Shown: positions 25,178-37,215, numbered from the whole stretch's first letter. The stretch: DNA of 63,269 nucleotides, filler included, from Rhabdomonas costata (GCA_019059605.1; 43 parts of 43 records of this genome joined end to end with filler, not necessarily neighbours in it); one strand, 5' to 3'. Numbers and translations are program-made. The notes: generated by a model not told the origin, from the sequence alone.

Positions 25178-26534
25178 GTGCAGATTCCTGGGACCCGGTT
25201 CTGCTGCGCTGGCTTGGCTTGGCTTGGCTTCCTTCGTTCTTCCCGCTGTCTTTCCCCAGTCTGCCTTTCCTCGACTTATGTGTGGGTGAAACTGACATTG
25301 GGGTGGGGGTGGGGGAGATAAGTGGTTACCAGTGAATAATTTTTCCTATTGGAACACACATCAAAAGATTCGTTTAATTCCCCGCCCCAGGTCACCTTCC
25401 CGTCCCAGGCCGCCCGCTCCGGCCGACGGGTCGCAGGCCTTCCTCCCTAAACTTTTGTCATCCTACTCGTCCATCCCAGCAACCGGTTAGTTCGAACCAA
25501 AAAAATGCTCATCTCGGGAAAGCATGAACAGTTCATCTTACCCCCTTACACTGAACTATAATGCTGGTATCAGTTAGCCTTTTCAGGTTAAAATAGCATC
25601 AATTCTTTTGGTCAGTTGGACTGGTCTGTCACCACAAGTACTACCCCCCAAATGGGCCTATGCGTGGAAACGCGGTGCTGATTGATCCTTTTTGGTTCCC
25701 CATAGCAAGCCATGACAATCGATGGTCTGATCGTGCGTGTCTGAAGGTTGTTTTTTTACCCCCATTTCAAACCTGGTTGCCGTGCTCTATAGCCTTAAGA
25801 GTACTTCCAGCCTCAGCCGCTCCTTTCTTTTTCCAACAGTCCCGAAGCTTTGCCGAATCTTTAGAGACGGCAATGAGCCCGACCATCCGCAAATCTCAAG
25901 GGATTAAAGGTGCGCCTCCTGCGTTGAAATTGTTGTTTTATTTCGATTTTTTCCGTGTTGCTTTTCGTCATGTGTCCAGTGTCACCGTCTGCAAGCAAGT
26001 ACTTGTTTGAGACAATCCTACATGTTTGCCTGAACACCATACACAGAATCATCAATTAGATTCCATCGATCGAAGAGGGCGTCCTTGTCCCTTGTCCGAA
26101 GTCTTGTGTCGACACGTATTCGGTATTTGTTGGCCCCGAGTGAAGGAGAAAGCACTGTGCCTGTGGTGCATCCTCTTGTGTGCAGCTGAGCGGAAAGCCT
26201 GGCGAGCAACGGCGGATTGGAATATGGCCTGTTTCAAAAGGGAGAGTTTCCCACACAACCATCAAATTGTGGGAACTCCGACGAAGCACACACAACAAAG
26301 TGAATAGTTTCCTTCACTTGCCTTTAAGCAATCACTGTCAGCAGCACACTGTGGGCAAGTCTCAGGAGTGGAGTTATTTTTCTGGGATAAAACGGCAACC
26401 CCATTCACCCACAAANNNNNNNNNNNNNNNNNNNNNNNNNNNNNNNNNNNNNNNNNNNNTTAATTAATTAANNNNNNNNNNNNNNNNNNNNNNNNNNNNN
26501 NNNNNNNNNNNNNNNGGTTGGAATCTTTCCTTTC

Positions 26535-27516
26535 GACGGGCACGGGCACGTGACGAATCTGTTTAGGACAGCCCACCACGTCGAAAGGAAAGATTCCAAT
26601 CACACAAACCACACGGGTGAAGCAACACAGCCGCGTTGAGCATAAGGACCTGCTTCACAGGCACAGTCCGGGGCACGGGCACCGTGACGACCTTCTCCAC
26701 AATCTGCTCCTGGATCGTCGGGACGTCGCGGTAGCGCACGCACTCAACTGGGACGGGCACGGGCACAGTCTGCGGCACGCGGACCTCCACAGGGGTGGGC
26801 ACGCACCTGTCGACGATGCGCTGGACCGTCTGTTGAACCCACACACGTTAGTGAGTCAAAGGCCGCTGACGCAGTCTCAGAAGGAATAAACGAAAGCGCA
26901 AGAGAGTGCACACCCGGGTCACGGGGCAGGGCACGGGCCGGGTGACGACCTTCTGCACGGGGACGGTCACCACCACCTGCTGAGGGCAAGGCACCTGGAC
27001 GGGGCAGTCCACTGTGCGCTCCACCACCTTCTGGACGTTGTAGGGCACGGGAACCTCCACAACCTTTTTGACACAGAAGGGTTTTCCAAGCAACGCATAA
27101 AGGCATGTGCTTTGCACGCAACGAAGCCACTCAGATACTCTAACTTTACCTTGTCCACGTTGAAGGGCTGGGGCACCTCCACGACCTTCTGCACGGGATA
27201 GGGCACCTGGACGCACTGCCGCACCTTGACCTCGACCGGGACGTCCACCTGGCGGCAGACGACCTTCTGCACCGGGTAGGGCACCTGCCGGCACACAACC
27301 TTCTCCACAGGGTACGGCTGAGGCACCTGCACCACCCTCTCCACGGGGTAGGGCTGAGGAACGTCAACGAACTTCTGCACCGGGTAGGGCACCTGCACGC
27401 ACTGCCGCACGCGCTTTTCCACAGGGTAGGGCACGGGGACGCACTTCTCCACACAGACCTCCACGGGGACCGGGACGTCAACCTGGCGGCAGACCTCGAC
27501 GGGGACCGGGACAGTC
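26535..27516 (-). CDS. Articulin-like pellicle/epiplasm protein; exons 27516-27150, 27064-26915, 26829-26650 and 26558-about 26535
   Basis: Tandem roughly 12-aa VPVPxxVEKxV repeats; three GT-AG introns keep frame, one with a CACTAAC branch-point-like motif. Confidence 0.92.
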
Positions 27517-27822
27517 CTGGAAATGAACAGAAACACCATCGGGCATTCTGCAGCAAGCAACAGTTGCACAGAAGAAAGACGAAGAAGGAAGAAAAAACAG
27601 GAGGGGAAAATTGTTGCTGGCGTATCGTCGTGCAGGTTCCAAGCCTTTGAAAACACCCGCAGCATTCCGGCTCACTGCGGTGCCTGGGCTCCACCCTCGG
27701 TATGCAAAGCAGACCGGGCCGAACACTTAGTTTCCAAGTCTAAAAATGAGAAAAGTGTATCCCAAAGTCGAAAATGCCCCGAAATAGGCCAAAATGTGAC
27801 CTTCAAGGGGCAAGATCTCGGC

Positions 27823-27885
27823 GAAGGGGAGTCCGAGGCCGGGAAGCGGCCAACCAACACATCTCAGGACTACTTTCATACCCAA
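27823..27885 (+). repeat. Truncated copy of the dispersed repeat also found at 35650-35950 (minus strand)
   Basis: tccgaggccgggaagcggccaaccaac(a/t)catctcagga(c/g)tact..catacc is shared between two unrelated contigs. Confidence 0.9.
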
Positions 27886-28905
27886 ACCCNNNNNNNNNNN
27901 NNNNNNNNNNNNNNNNNNNNNNNNNNNNNNNNNTTAATTAATTAANNNNNNNNNNNNNNNNNNNNNNNNNNNNNNNNNNNNNNNNNNNNTTTTGTGGGTC
28001 CACTTCGAGGTCTTTGAGGACTTCCAGGTCGTTCGGCGGCCTGAAATTGAGCGATTCCAATGACATTGATGAGCGATTCCATTGAGCCCGGCTCCTAGGG
28101 AACAACAACAACAACAACAATAACCTGATTATCTGCCACCCACGCAACGCCAAAAGTTCCCGTCTTGTTATGGTTACGCCCACTTATACATCATGCATGG
28201 ACAGAACTCCCTGTACAGAAGCAGCGAAACAGTGTTCCAACACCAACAGCAAGGGGTTGCCAGCCACCAACAGCAAAGGGTTGAATCCCCGTAGAGAGTG
28301 CAGTGCTATCCCTCACATGTTACCGGCCCTCTGTCTGTGCATTTGTTTCCAGTTTAATCAGCCGCGTGAGGCTGCGGGAAGAACGTCGACGCGAACCGAA
28401 GAACCTGAGCATCACCGACACACCAGAAATTTCCCCATATGAATATGATTCTTATTCTGAGTGGGGCGTCAAAAATTAAGGTGTCATCGTTTGCAGGGAC
28501 AGCTTTTTTGCAGAAAAAATTCCGCACTTCTTGCTATTTTTTGCCAAATTTTTCATATGTGCATATAAATGCATGGCTTGAAAAAGTCGGTTTGCCTACA
28601 GACAAACGACAAAGGCTCAATTTAAAAAGATTCCAGTGAGGTTCATCCCTGAAGTTTCGTGCGCATCGTCCGAGATCCGCACTCCACCCCGCCGTGATGC
28701 TGGAGAAATTTCGAAATTACGCGAGCTGATGTCCCCATGTTACATGGGGTCGGGCCAGGGTTGCCTTCAGCCTAACGCCTAATTGAGACAAGCATGGTAG
28801 AACGTTTTCAAACCCGGGTATTCTTTTCATTTTCTCACAACTAAGTGTGTTTTATGCTGTGAGGAGAGGTAACTATGGCGTCACGTTTTGGGGTTAGGTA
28901 TCCAG

Positions 28906-29097
28906 AGCTACCCCGACGTGCTGGACGTGGAGGTGGTCGAGGCTCTCGGGGGGAGGTACACCACCATCCCTGAGCTGCGGCCCGTGGTGCGGGTCTCCGT
29001 GCGGGGGGCCAGCCAGTCCACCGTCACCCCGCAGCACAGCCTGGTCAGGCCCCAGTGGAACGAGACCTTCCGGTTTCCTATCCGCGAGCCCAAGAAG
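28906..29097 (+). CDS. C2-domain exon
   Basis: VLDVEVVEA...PVVRVSV....QST......LVRPQWNETFRFPI is a typical C2 pattern. Confidence 0.85.
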
Positions 29098-29673
29098 GCC
29101 TGCCGCCCCCTTCTTCCCATTGCGTCCCTCGCACTCTGTTGGAGCGTTTGGTTTGCTCCCGTATTGCACCAAAGTAACACCAACATCAGCTTCCACCCCA
29201 TCCATGTTGGCTCGTCAACACCATCGCAGTCCAAGTGCAGTTTTCCAATTTTCTGCGAGCTTCAGCACTACCCACGCTGCCTTTTGCCAACGCAGTTGCT
29301 ATTGGTGAAAGTTAACTTCCTTCTTACAGGGATCGTATTATCCGCTCTGCTATACCCACACAANNNNNNNNNNNNNNNNNNNNNNNNNNNNNNNNNNNNN
29401 NNNNNNNTTAATTAATTAANNNNNNNNNNNNNNNNNNNNNNNNNNNNNNNNNNNNNNNNNNNNTTGTGTTGGGAATCTCTGCTTCTGACTGTGGCTGCCT
29501 GCATGTTGACGAAGGTTTACGAAACAAACCTGGCTGCTTGGTTACGCATGCCAACAACGGGATTTCACTCTTTTCTCTTCTGGCTGTCATCTTGAAAGGA
29601 TTAGGAAACTGCCCAAATGACTGATTCAGCACAGAGATGCCACTTGGCGGGGGGTGGGGATGGAAGTACCCAC

Positions 29674-30492
29674 CAGCCTCTTCTGGGTTGTCGACCTCAG
29701 TCACGTCTCGGATCCCAAGGTCAGAAAGGTTGACTGAGAAGCTGCCGCCCCAGTTGAAGTGGACGTACCGGTGACCTAACTGCTGCCAGAACGGTGTGGG
29801 GCGAGTCCTGAGCCCATCCCGGACAAGGCCACCTGCAGCGGTGAGGTCAAAGTTGCAACACTCCGTGTCCACAAGATGGACTTACCGTCTTCAGAGGTTG
29901 CCTGCGAATTGAGATCACTCTCGGGTGGTAACACATCTTGGGGACAAATCCTAGGAAAACTCCGCTTCAGCCAAGTCAGCACAGGTGACTGCTTACGGCT
30001 GAGGAAGATTCACTGCCTACAAGTTTTTTTTGGATGACGGATCTCCGGGTTAGTATTCGAGCCCCGGGCTAATATTCGAATATGAACTGCAACTGCCGTG
30101 GAGGAGCCCCCACTCGCACAAATCGGCCCTGCCACGATGTCTGTTGATGCAGCCCGTAATTAAGTCACGGAAACGTGGCCACTCCGTGTAAACACCAGAT
30201 GCCTACAAGAGAGCGCGCCTTAATAAAGTTGTATCCTCTGATCGGCCCATTGGGTTTCCACACCTGAAAGAGAATATACGCGGTATGAAGGGGAGCAAGG
30301 ACCTGAGGAGATCACCCCAGCAAGGAGGTGAGTCTCAATCCCCACCTTTGCCAGGAAGCCCTCCACGGCCTCGGGGCATCGCGAGGAGTTGGACAGAATC
30401 AGCATCCGTACCCCCCGCGAGGCCAGCTCCCTGAGACAGGGGTTGGCTTCGGGGTGGGCCAACGAGCCGTCGTGGAGAACGCCGTACTGATC
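29674..30492 (-). CDS. HAD-superfamily subfamily IIA hydrolase; exons 30492-30303 and 29832-29674
   Basis: DQYGVLHDG...LILSNSSR...VISSG|GLVRDGLRTRPTPFWQQLGHRYVHFNW; phase-1 GT-AG intron. Confidence 0.9.
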
Positions 30493-30937
30493 CTGCAGGT
30501 ACGCACGTGGACATGCTTGGGGGAGGGGGACGGTGTGACGGAAGCGCCGACGCTTACACATCCCGCGGCTGAGCTCAAACCCAGCTAGGCGCCACCTCCA
30601 AACTGAAACCGCCATGTTCCTGTTAGTTCCCGTTGGGGACCACTCCACCTTCTCTGAATGAGTGGCGAGCAAAAGGCGTGGCGCAGGTGCTCCCTAAGCA
30701 AAGGGAACGACGCTCGCAGAGGGGTGCCGCATTCGCTCCCTATCTCAAGGGAAGCTCAGGCCCGTGTTCCCGCCACCGCATCGCTCCGAGAACGGATGCA
30801 GTATGGATCCCAGAGACCTGGTTCTTACACAACAACCNNNNNNNNNNNNNNNNNNNNNNNNNNNNNNNNNNNNNNNNNNNNTTAATTAATTAANNNNNNN
30901 NNNNNNNNNNNNNNNNNNNNNNNNNNNNNNNNNNNNN

Positions 30938-32213
30938 AGAAGGTTTTTGGTGGCTTTCAGCCCATATATGTGGTCGATGTGGGCATGAGTCTGCAGAATA
31001 TGCTTGATCGTCAGCTTCTTCTCCGCCGCAGCGTCCAGCCACCGCTTCACGTTCTGGTCCCCACAGTCCACCAAGGCGGCCGTGCCTACCCGACCACATA
31101 CCCGCATACAATGCAAATGGCACGTCGGACAAAATTTGCTAGCTTTGTGTCAATAGCTGTAGCAAACAAACTGTCCAGTAAGCAACAAACAAACGTGAGA
31201 GAGGCTGGGCGTGGGGGGGAGAGAATGTCTGGAAGACAGGATCGCTGCGATATCGGTGGCGAAGCACCGAGGCAAGATATGCGACGAGAAGAGGGAGAGC
31301 GTTGGGTGAATGGGACGAGAGGGCTGAATCGTAGCTAAAAGACATAATGGCCGGAACGAAAACACATGACACTACCGTGAAGAATGTCCGCAACTATCCA
31401 CCGATAAAGCAAAGTGACCCCTCCTCTTTTAGTATGGCATACCTCCAACTTTACTGAGTTTTGGCTTGTATCTTATGTGGTGCAAAAGTCGCCCAAAGAA
31501 TCGAACGGTGCTCGCAGAAGCTCCAGAAATCTCCTACTAACAAAGAAATGGGACTGCGTGCAATGGAGCTCCGTGCCTTGTCTTTTCCTTTGTCTCCTTC
31601 CCCAAAATAAAGCCATTAACCCCAATCTCCTTCCTGACATTGCTTTTGTGTGGCAGTTGTTTCCTTTTCTTTCTCTCTCTTTTTCTTTTGACGGTGTGCA
31701 TGTGTGCTGCATAGGATTCCAAGGGGAGCACTCCCCTTTGCGTCGCCGTCCTCAGTGGAGGGAAATGGAAGTCCTTCTGCTGTTCGGAGCGAGCGCTGAC
31801 ATTTCGGTACTGCGCTGATTGTGCGTTTGCGTGAAATCCTGCAAGGCAGCCGTGTTTTTGGGTGCTGCATCATTTATCTTCATCTTCATCTCAAAGCAAA
31901 AGCCCAAAGCGAAAGGCTTCCTTATCTTCCTAGTATCCAACCAAATGCCATCCAGTTTGCTCTTCTCTCCCCTTTCTCTCCCCAGCGTATGTTTGCGCAG
32001 GCAGAAACCCGGTCATGCTGCATTAAAGAGAGAAGGCGGGTTTGTTTGCACAAAAAAGCGAAAGTATCACTGCATCTGAGCGAGAGAGAGAGAGAGGTCA
32101 AGAAAGAAAGAGAGGAAGGCTGGATACACACCGGTGGCCTTGCACCCAAGAAGGTACTGATTCATCATGAAGTCGTTCACGGGAGAGAAGGCCAGATAGA
32201 CCGAAGGTGTGTC
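30938..32213 (-). CDS. Metallo-beta-lactamase-fold hydrolase (glyoxalase II/YcbL-like); exons 32213-32132 and 31085-30938
   Basis: FMMNQYLLGCKATG|TAALVDCG...IKHILQTHAHIDHIYG (HxHxDH motif). Confidence 0.92.
31715..31806 (+). pseudogene. Frameshifted ankyrin-repeat exon, antisense within the MBL intron
   Basis: tag|DSKGSTPLCVAVLSG, frameshift, MEVLLLFGASADIS|gtactg; 92 nt, i.e. 7 nt short of a 33-aa repeat. Confidence 0.7.
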
Positions 32214-32576
32214 CTGTGTAGAAAAAGACCAGAGAGAAAGGTCCCCAACTATGAATCCTTAGTCTGCATTCGTGCCAAGCAAAGGAAACGAGAGGGCGTG
32301 CAAACAAACCCNNNNNNNNNNNNNNNNNNNNNNNNNNNNNNNNNNNNNNNNNNNNTTAATTAATTAANNNNNNNNNNNNNNNNNNNNNNNNNNNNNNNNN
32401 NNNNNNNNNNNGGTGGTGTTGGCGGCGGGGCGATGGTCTGCGAGTAGATTCCCGCATGATGCGTTTTTCGCCGTGCTCAGAGATATATTCCAAAGCTTTG
32501 CTCCCTTCTTGGCTTTTCTTGCTGCTGTTTCTTCGTTTTTTTTCTCCTTCACGTGAAATAGGAGATAGGTAACACC

Positions 32577-32912
32577 ATGGGGGGGTGCTGTTGTGCGCAC
32601 TTTTGCGTTGAGACGTGCGAGTGCGAATGCTGCTGTATAGCGTGGAGGACACCCTGCATGTATCGCAAGGCCACTTTCGATAAGGACGAGGGAAAGGTGG
32701 CAAAGCCTTCCCTCTTGACGCCTCTGTGCTGGGACCTCATTATGGCAGTTCTGTCGTACTGTGAAGATATTCGGACGATCGGGGCGCTGCGGGCGAGCTG
32801 TCGGTATGGCCGGCTGCTGGTGCAGAGGCTCCGCGAGAAGCACGCTCGGTCGGTGCTGGAGGCCTGCCCTCTGGCTTCTCGGCAAGCCCGCATCGAGACC
32901 ATGGTTCGGGCG
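32577..32912 (+). CDS. Putative F-box protein with Cys-rich MGGCCC N-terminus, first exon
   Basis: SLLTPLCWDLIMAVLSYCEDIRTIGALRASCR resembles the F-box consensus; GCG|GTATGT donor. Confidence 0.6.
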
Positions 32913-33659
32913 GTATGTAGGGAGCCCTCCCCCCGCGGGTCATTAGGTCATTTTTCACTTCAAGTTCCACTCAAGTCCCTCCATACATTGAACATCAAGT
33001 CCGAAAAGCAAATTTCGAGAAAAAAATTCGGTTTTTGTGGGAATTCACCAAGTGAGTTGGCACTTGAGCTGCATGTGAGTTGGCGCCTAAGTTGGACCTG
33101 TTGGGCACTCCCCCCTCTCCCCAGATGGGTCTCATACCCGCTGGTCGAAACCCGCGTTTCCAGCAGAAGTCGCGAAAACGCAGGCTAAAAAAGTTATCTT
33201 TTCTTGTATATGCCAATGTTTTCCCGATGTGCTTGTGACATTATGTGTAGTTTTTCGCTTCTCACTTTTGACATAAAAACGCCATTTTGGCTAAGCTTGG
33301 AAATGGAGCCACGCAGATGCGTAATTTGTCATTTGTCCGTCCTTCAGTGCTCGTGTCCACCGTTGACCCGCCTCCTCGTTTGGACAGCATCTCAGGGTTG
33401 CAGCCCGGGAACTCTGCGCCGGGTGGCGCTTAACCTTTCAGTCCCATTTCACGGTTTCTTTAATTCCTGCGGATACGCAGTCGTCTTGCATTGTAATTAA
33501 CGAGGGGTTTTTTCTCAGGCTTCTTCCACAATTTTCCCGCGTAGGTCTATGCACCGCTTTTCCTCCGTTTTATACGCTCCTTCGTTGGGTGGTTCGAACA
33601 CCTTCCCACCGAGTACGGCTCTATCGAGTTTAACATCGACCGCTGGTCGTGCTGTGGGA

Positions 33660-33784
33660 TGCTGCAGGTCACCGTTTCTCAGCAAGGCAAGGGAGGTCCT
33701 TGGCATGATGCTCCTGGGAGATTCTACCATGAGCATCATGCCAAGGACCTCCCTTGCCTTGCTGAGAAACGGTGACCTGCAGCA
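33660..33784. repeat. Terminal fold-back inverted repeat (54-bp arms), probable artefact
   Basis: 33660-33713 is the reverse complement of 33731-33784 at the contig end. Confidence 0.9.
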
Positions 33785-35649
33785 CCCCACACCNNNNNNN
33801 NNNNNNNNNNNNNNNNNNNNNNNNNNNNNNNNNNNNNTTAATTAATTAANNNNNNNNNNNNNNNNNNNNNNNNNNNNNNNNNNNNNNNNNNNNGTGTTTG
33901 TTGTAAAACATGTGCTGCTTGCACACGCTGCGGGCCTTGAAAAGAAATTGCCATTGAGCGCGCAATGGGTTATAATTTCATTCGTTTTGTGAACTATCCT
34001 TCATGGCTGATGGTTGTTTATCGCTGTAAAAATTGAGCTTGGGTAGTAATTTGATTACGGGATTAAAACAAAAATCCACTCCAAGAGGATCGTTTTGTAA
34101 CGGCAGAGCTTTCCTTTTGGTACTCCCCCAGGGCAGGTGTCCCATAACCCGTTTAAATTGCGGGGGGCTCCTCCCGTGTCTGCTGCCGTGGGGACTTTGA
34201 GGGACAAAGGTTCGTGGACAGAGTGGCTATCATCCGGGGCCAGGTGTGTCAAAGCCTGGCCCCATTCTAGGAGACCATGGATTCTCTCTCTAGCTTGTTC
34301 CGTTCCGGAAGGGCCTTGAAATAGAATACTACCAAGACAACCGAAAGCCGGCACAGCACAACGAGCACGAGGTCACGGGCACAGTTGTGTCGAATTTTAT
34401 CCCGGTTCCTTGCCGAGAATCTGGCGAAAGGTGGTATCAGGTTTGCAAGCCGGTTATTGACACCCCCCCTGAAGGGCGATTGGTTCAGATGCGCGGTCCC
34501 CGCTTGGCTAACGACTGAAAGCACGTTGGGCAGCCACCACCGTGCATTCTCGGAAGCTAAACTCGTTCATTCAAACCGCCAACAATAAACGACAAAAACG
34601 ACATATTTTTTCGAAAAAGAAAAGAATCTGGTGAGCGTGGAGATCAATAAGCCTTACCCCTAATCCGAGTACAAACTACTTCAGGGTGTAAAACCGTTGG
34701 TTTGATTTCATCGGTATTTCCAATGCAGAAAACCCGCTGTGTAATGTCTGCGGACTTGCCGCTTTAGCGTAGCATGGGACGCAAGGAGAGTCCAGGGGTA
34801 TGGATTTTAGAAGTGTTATGCAATGACATCGAGTGGACTTTATTTGCCTCAACAGAGATTTGGATGGGAGGTGCCGGGATTGGTTATGTCAAGCCATCAC
34901 ACACACACACACTCTCTCTCTTGTTTGTGCTGCACACCGAGAGCATTTCCGGCGCTTTGGGATAAGAAACACTGCCAAGGAGACAGGATTAAAGTTAAGA
35001 AACATTCCCCGTTTGGCACAGCCCTCAGTATATAATCCGAACAAAAAAAGGAACCACCTTCCACACAGAAGGTGTGACAAAGTCAAAGTGCGCATAGAGG
35101 AAACCTGCATGCACCCCAACAGAGGCCAATTGGCAACGCAAACGCCTTCCCCCTCTTCCCCCTCCTCCGGCTTGACTCACACTCACAAGAATGCCTTGCA
35201 ACGCAACGCCCACCGCACAAAACAACACAAACTCACAACGTGACGCAACGCAACGCAACACAACCCCNNNNNNNNNNNNNNNNNNNNNNNNNNNNNNNNN
35301 NNNNNNNNNNNTTAATTAATTAANNNNNNNNNNNNNNNNNNNNNNNNNNNNNNNNNNNNNNNNNNNNTTTCACCCCTGGCCGGTCTGCATTGATTTTCTG
35401 GTTTGGGAGGGTTTGGGGGTTTTGAAATCTTTGGCTGACATTGAGTTGAACTTTGAGGATTTTGACCTCTTCGCCGGAAGGAAATTACAGTGAACATTGA
35501 ATTGATTTGGACTTTTTCGGTCCACATTGAACTTTGAGGTTTGTGCAACCCTGCTTCGAGAGCGCCATGTCTTGTTTCGGCTGTTTTTTTTGTGAGGGTA
35601 ATTGTTGTTGTTGTTGACAGTTCTTTCTCTTATCGTTGTTCTGCCAGGG

Positions 35650-35950
35650 GTTCTACCAGGTGGGATAATCTAGCCTCTTCAGCCGGCCTCGAGAACCTCA
35701 CCAATCGTCGGGGGCCTCATCGGAAATGGGGGGATAGGACCACTTGCTTCGGCCCAAAAACTCGCCCAAACTCGCCCTATTCGCTGGGTGACATCCGCCA
35801 TGGTCACTCCCGGACCGGACCGGACCGGACCGGAGATCTAACTTGACCTCAGAACTCGAGCTAGCGTGACGGGTTGGGCCTCATATTTGGTGGTATGGGA
35901 GTACTCCTGAGATGAGTTGGTTGGCCGCTTCCCGGCCTCGGAGTCCTTCT
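35650..35950 (-). mobile_element. Dispersed non-autonomous repeat with a 5S-rRNA-like core and a (CCGGA)n tract
   Basis: Shares about 60 bp with 27823-27885; the minus strand from 35907 reads GGAGTACTCCCATACCACC...AACCCGT...TCGAGTTCTGAGGTCAAGTTAG; the lower boundary is approximate. Confidence 0.6.
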
Positions 35951-36526
35951 CTACGCCCAGCGAACAGTTCCCTGCATCCTTTTTTATCGCGGTGACTCCG
36001 AGGAGTGTGTGACCGGCACGAGAAACCAGGCGTACTTCGATGTTCTTCACAGCTTGCTCGCGGTCGGGCTGGCCATGCTCATGCTGAGCGGTGAGTGGGT
36101 CTCGCACCTGCAGACAGAGTTGACCGCGGGGAGAAGGGCGCAGCAGTCTATAAAACAATGTCATTCAGCTGAAATGCCATATATCAATGAAATGTTTGGC
36201 AGTTCTGGCTTTGGCGAAGTATTACACTTCACGCCCCCTCCCGACTTCCGGAAGGCAAAGCAAGAACTGGCCACCACGTTGGCGACAGCAAATAAAACCG
36301 TCGTGACGTGAAAGCCAAGAAAACCGCAACACCACACGTAAAAAAGCCAAGAAAAATGGAAAGAGCGATGTCTGAAATGCGTGCCAGACAAACCACGACA
36401 TACCACGAAATTTATCAGCCAAGCATTTATTTTGAATCCTGCGGCTGTGTGCGTGTAATACTTCTACATGCAGTGCAAACCACTGTCTGATAAAGTACAC
36501 AATAGGCGGCCAGCAGGTGTGGCATT

Positions 36527-36576
36527 TCTTTTTCACCCTATTACTTCAATACGTTGAAGTAATAGGGTGAAAAAGA
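36527..36576. repeat. Perfect internal palindrome, 23-bp stem with a TACG loop
   Basis: tctttttcaccctattacttcaa-tacg-ttgaagtaatagggtgaaaaaga. Confidence 0.95.
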
Positions 36577-36994
36577 GCTGCCAACAGGAATTTTCTTGCA
36601 CAAGACTTGTCCCTGGATCCTGGCCCAGGCCTTTGACCTTTTGCCCGCGCCACTAGATTCTCTCGCATTTCACAAATATAAGTACAGAGATGCCTGGAAG
36701 TCACCAGTTCTTCAAGCCAGCAAATTCCTTCCAAACCCAACNNNNNNNNNNNNNNNNNNNNNNNNNNNNNNNNNNNNNNNNNNNNTTAATTAATTAANNN
36801 NNNNNNNNNNNNNNNNNNNNNNNNNNNNNNNNNNNNNNNNNTTTGTGTTTTAATACCGGCATATCCTTTCATGTTTTTAAGTTTCGGAACTTCGGGCTTC
36901 TTGTGTGCTCAGTCAAAAGGTGAAACCCTTCCTCGCGGGAGCGGGTTCTTGGCATCCTTTTGCTCGGAGTTTGTCCAGGACAAGTTGCGCAGCG

Positions 36995-37215
36995 ATCAGT
37001 ATGACCTCTTCCGTGGTGCTCGGCTGAATCCCCTGGCGAAGAAGCCTTCGGGTGTGCGCCTCATTGCCGTGGGTGAGGCCCTACGCCGGCTCCCAGCGAA
37101 GTGCCTTGCTGGCAGATATCAAGACCTGGCGGTGGAAACACTTGCACCGCTTCAGCTCAGAGTAGGCGTGCAGGGTGCAACGGAGGCAATCTTCCACCAA
37201 GCGAAGGAGTGGATG
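36995..37215 (+). mobile_element. Reverse-transcriptase fragment of a CRE-like non-LTR retrotransposon (truncated)
   Basis: ARLNPLAKKPSGVRLIAVGEALRRLPAKCL...LAPLQLRVGVQGATEAIFH matches RT motifs 1-2a (RPIAVGExLRRL...QxGVGxxGGxEAIxH), then the similarity ends. Confidence 0.85.
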
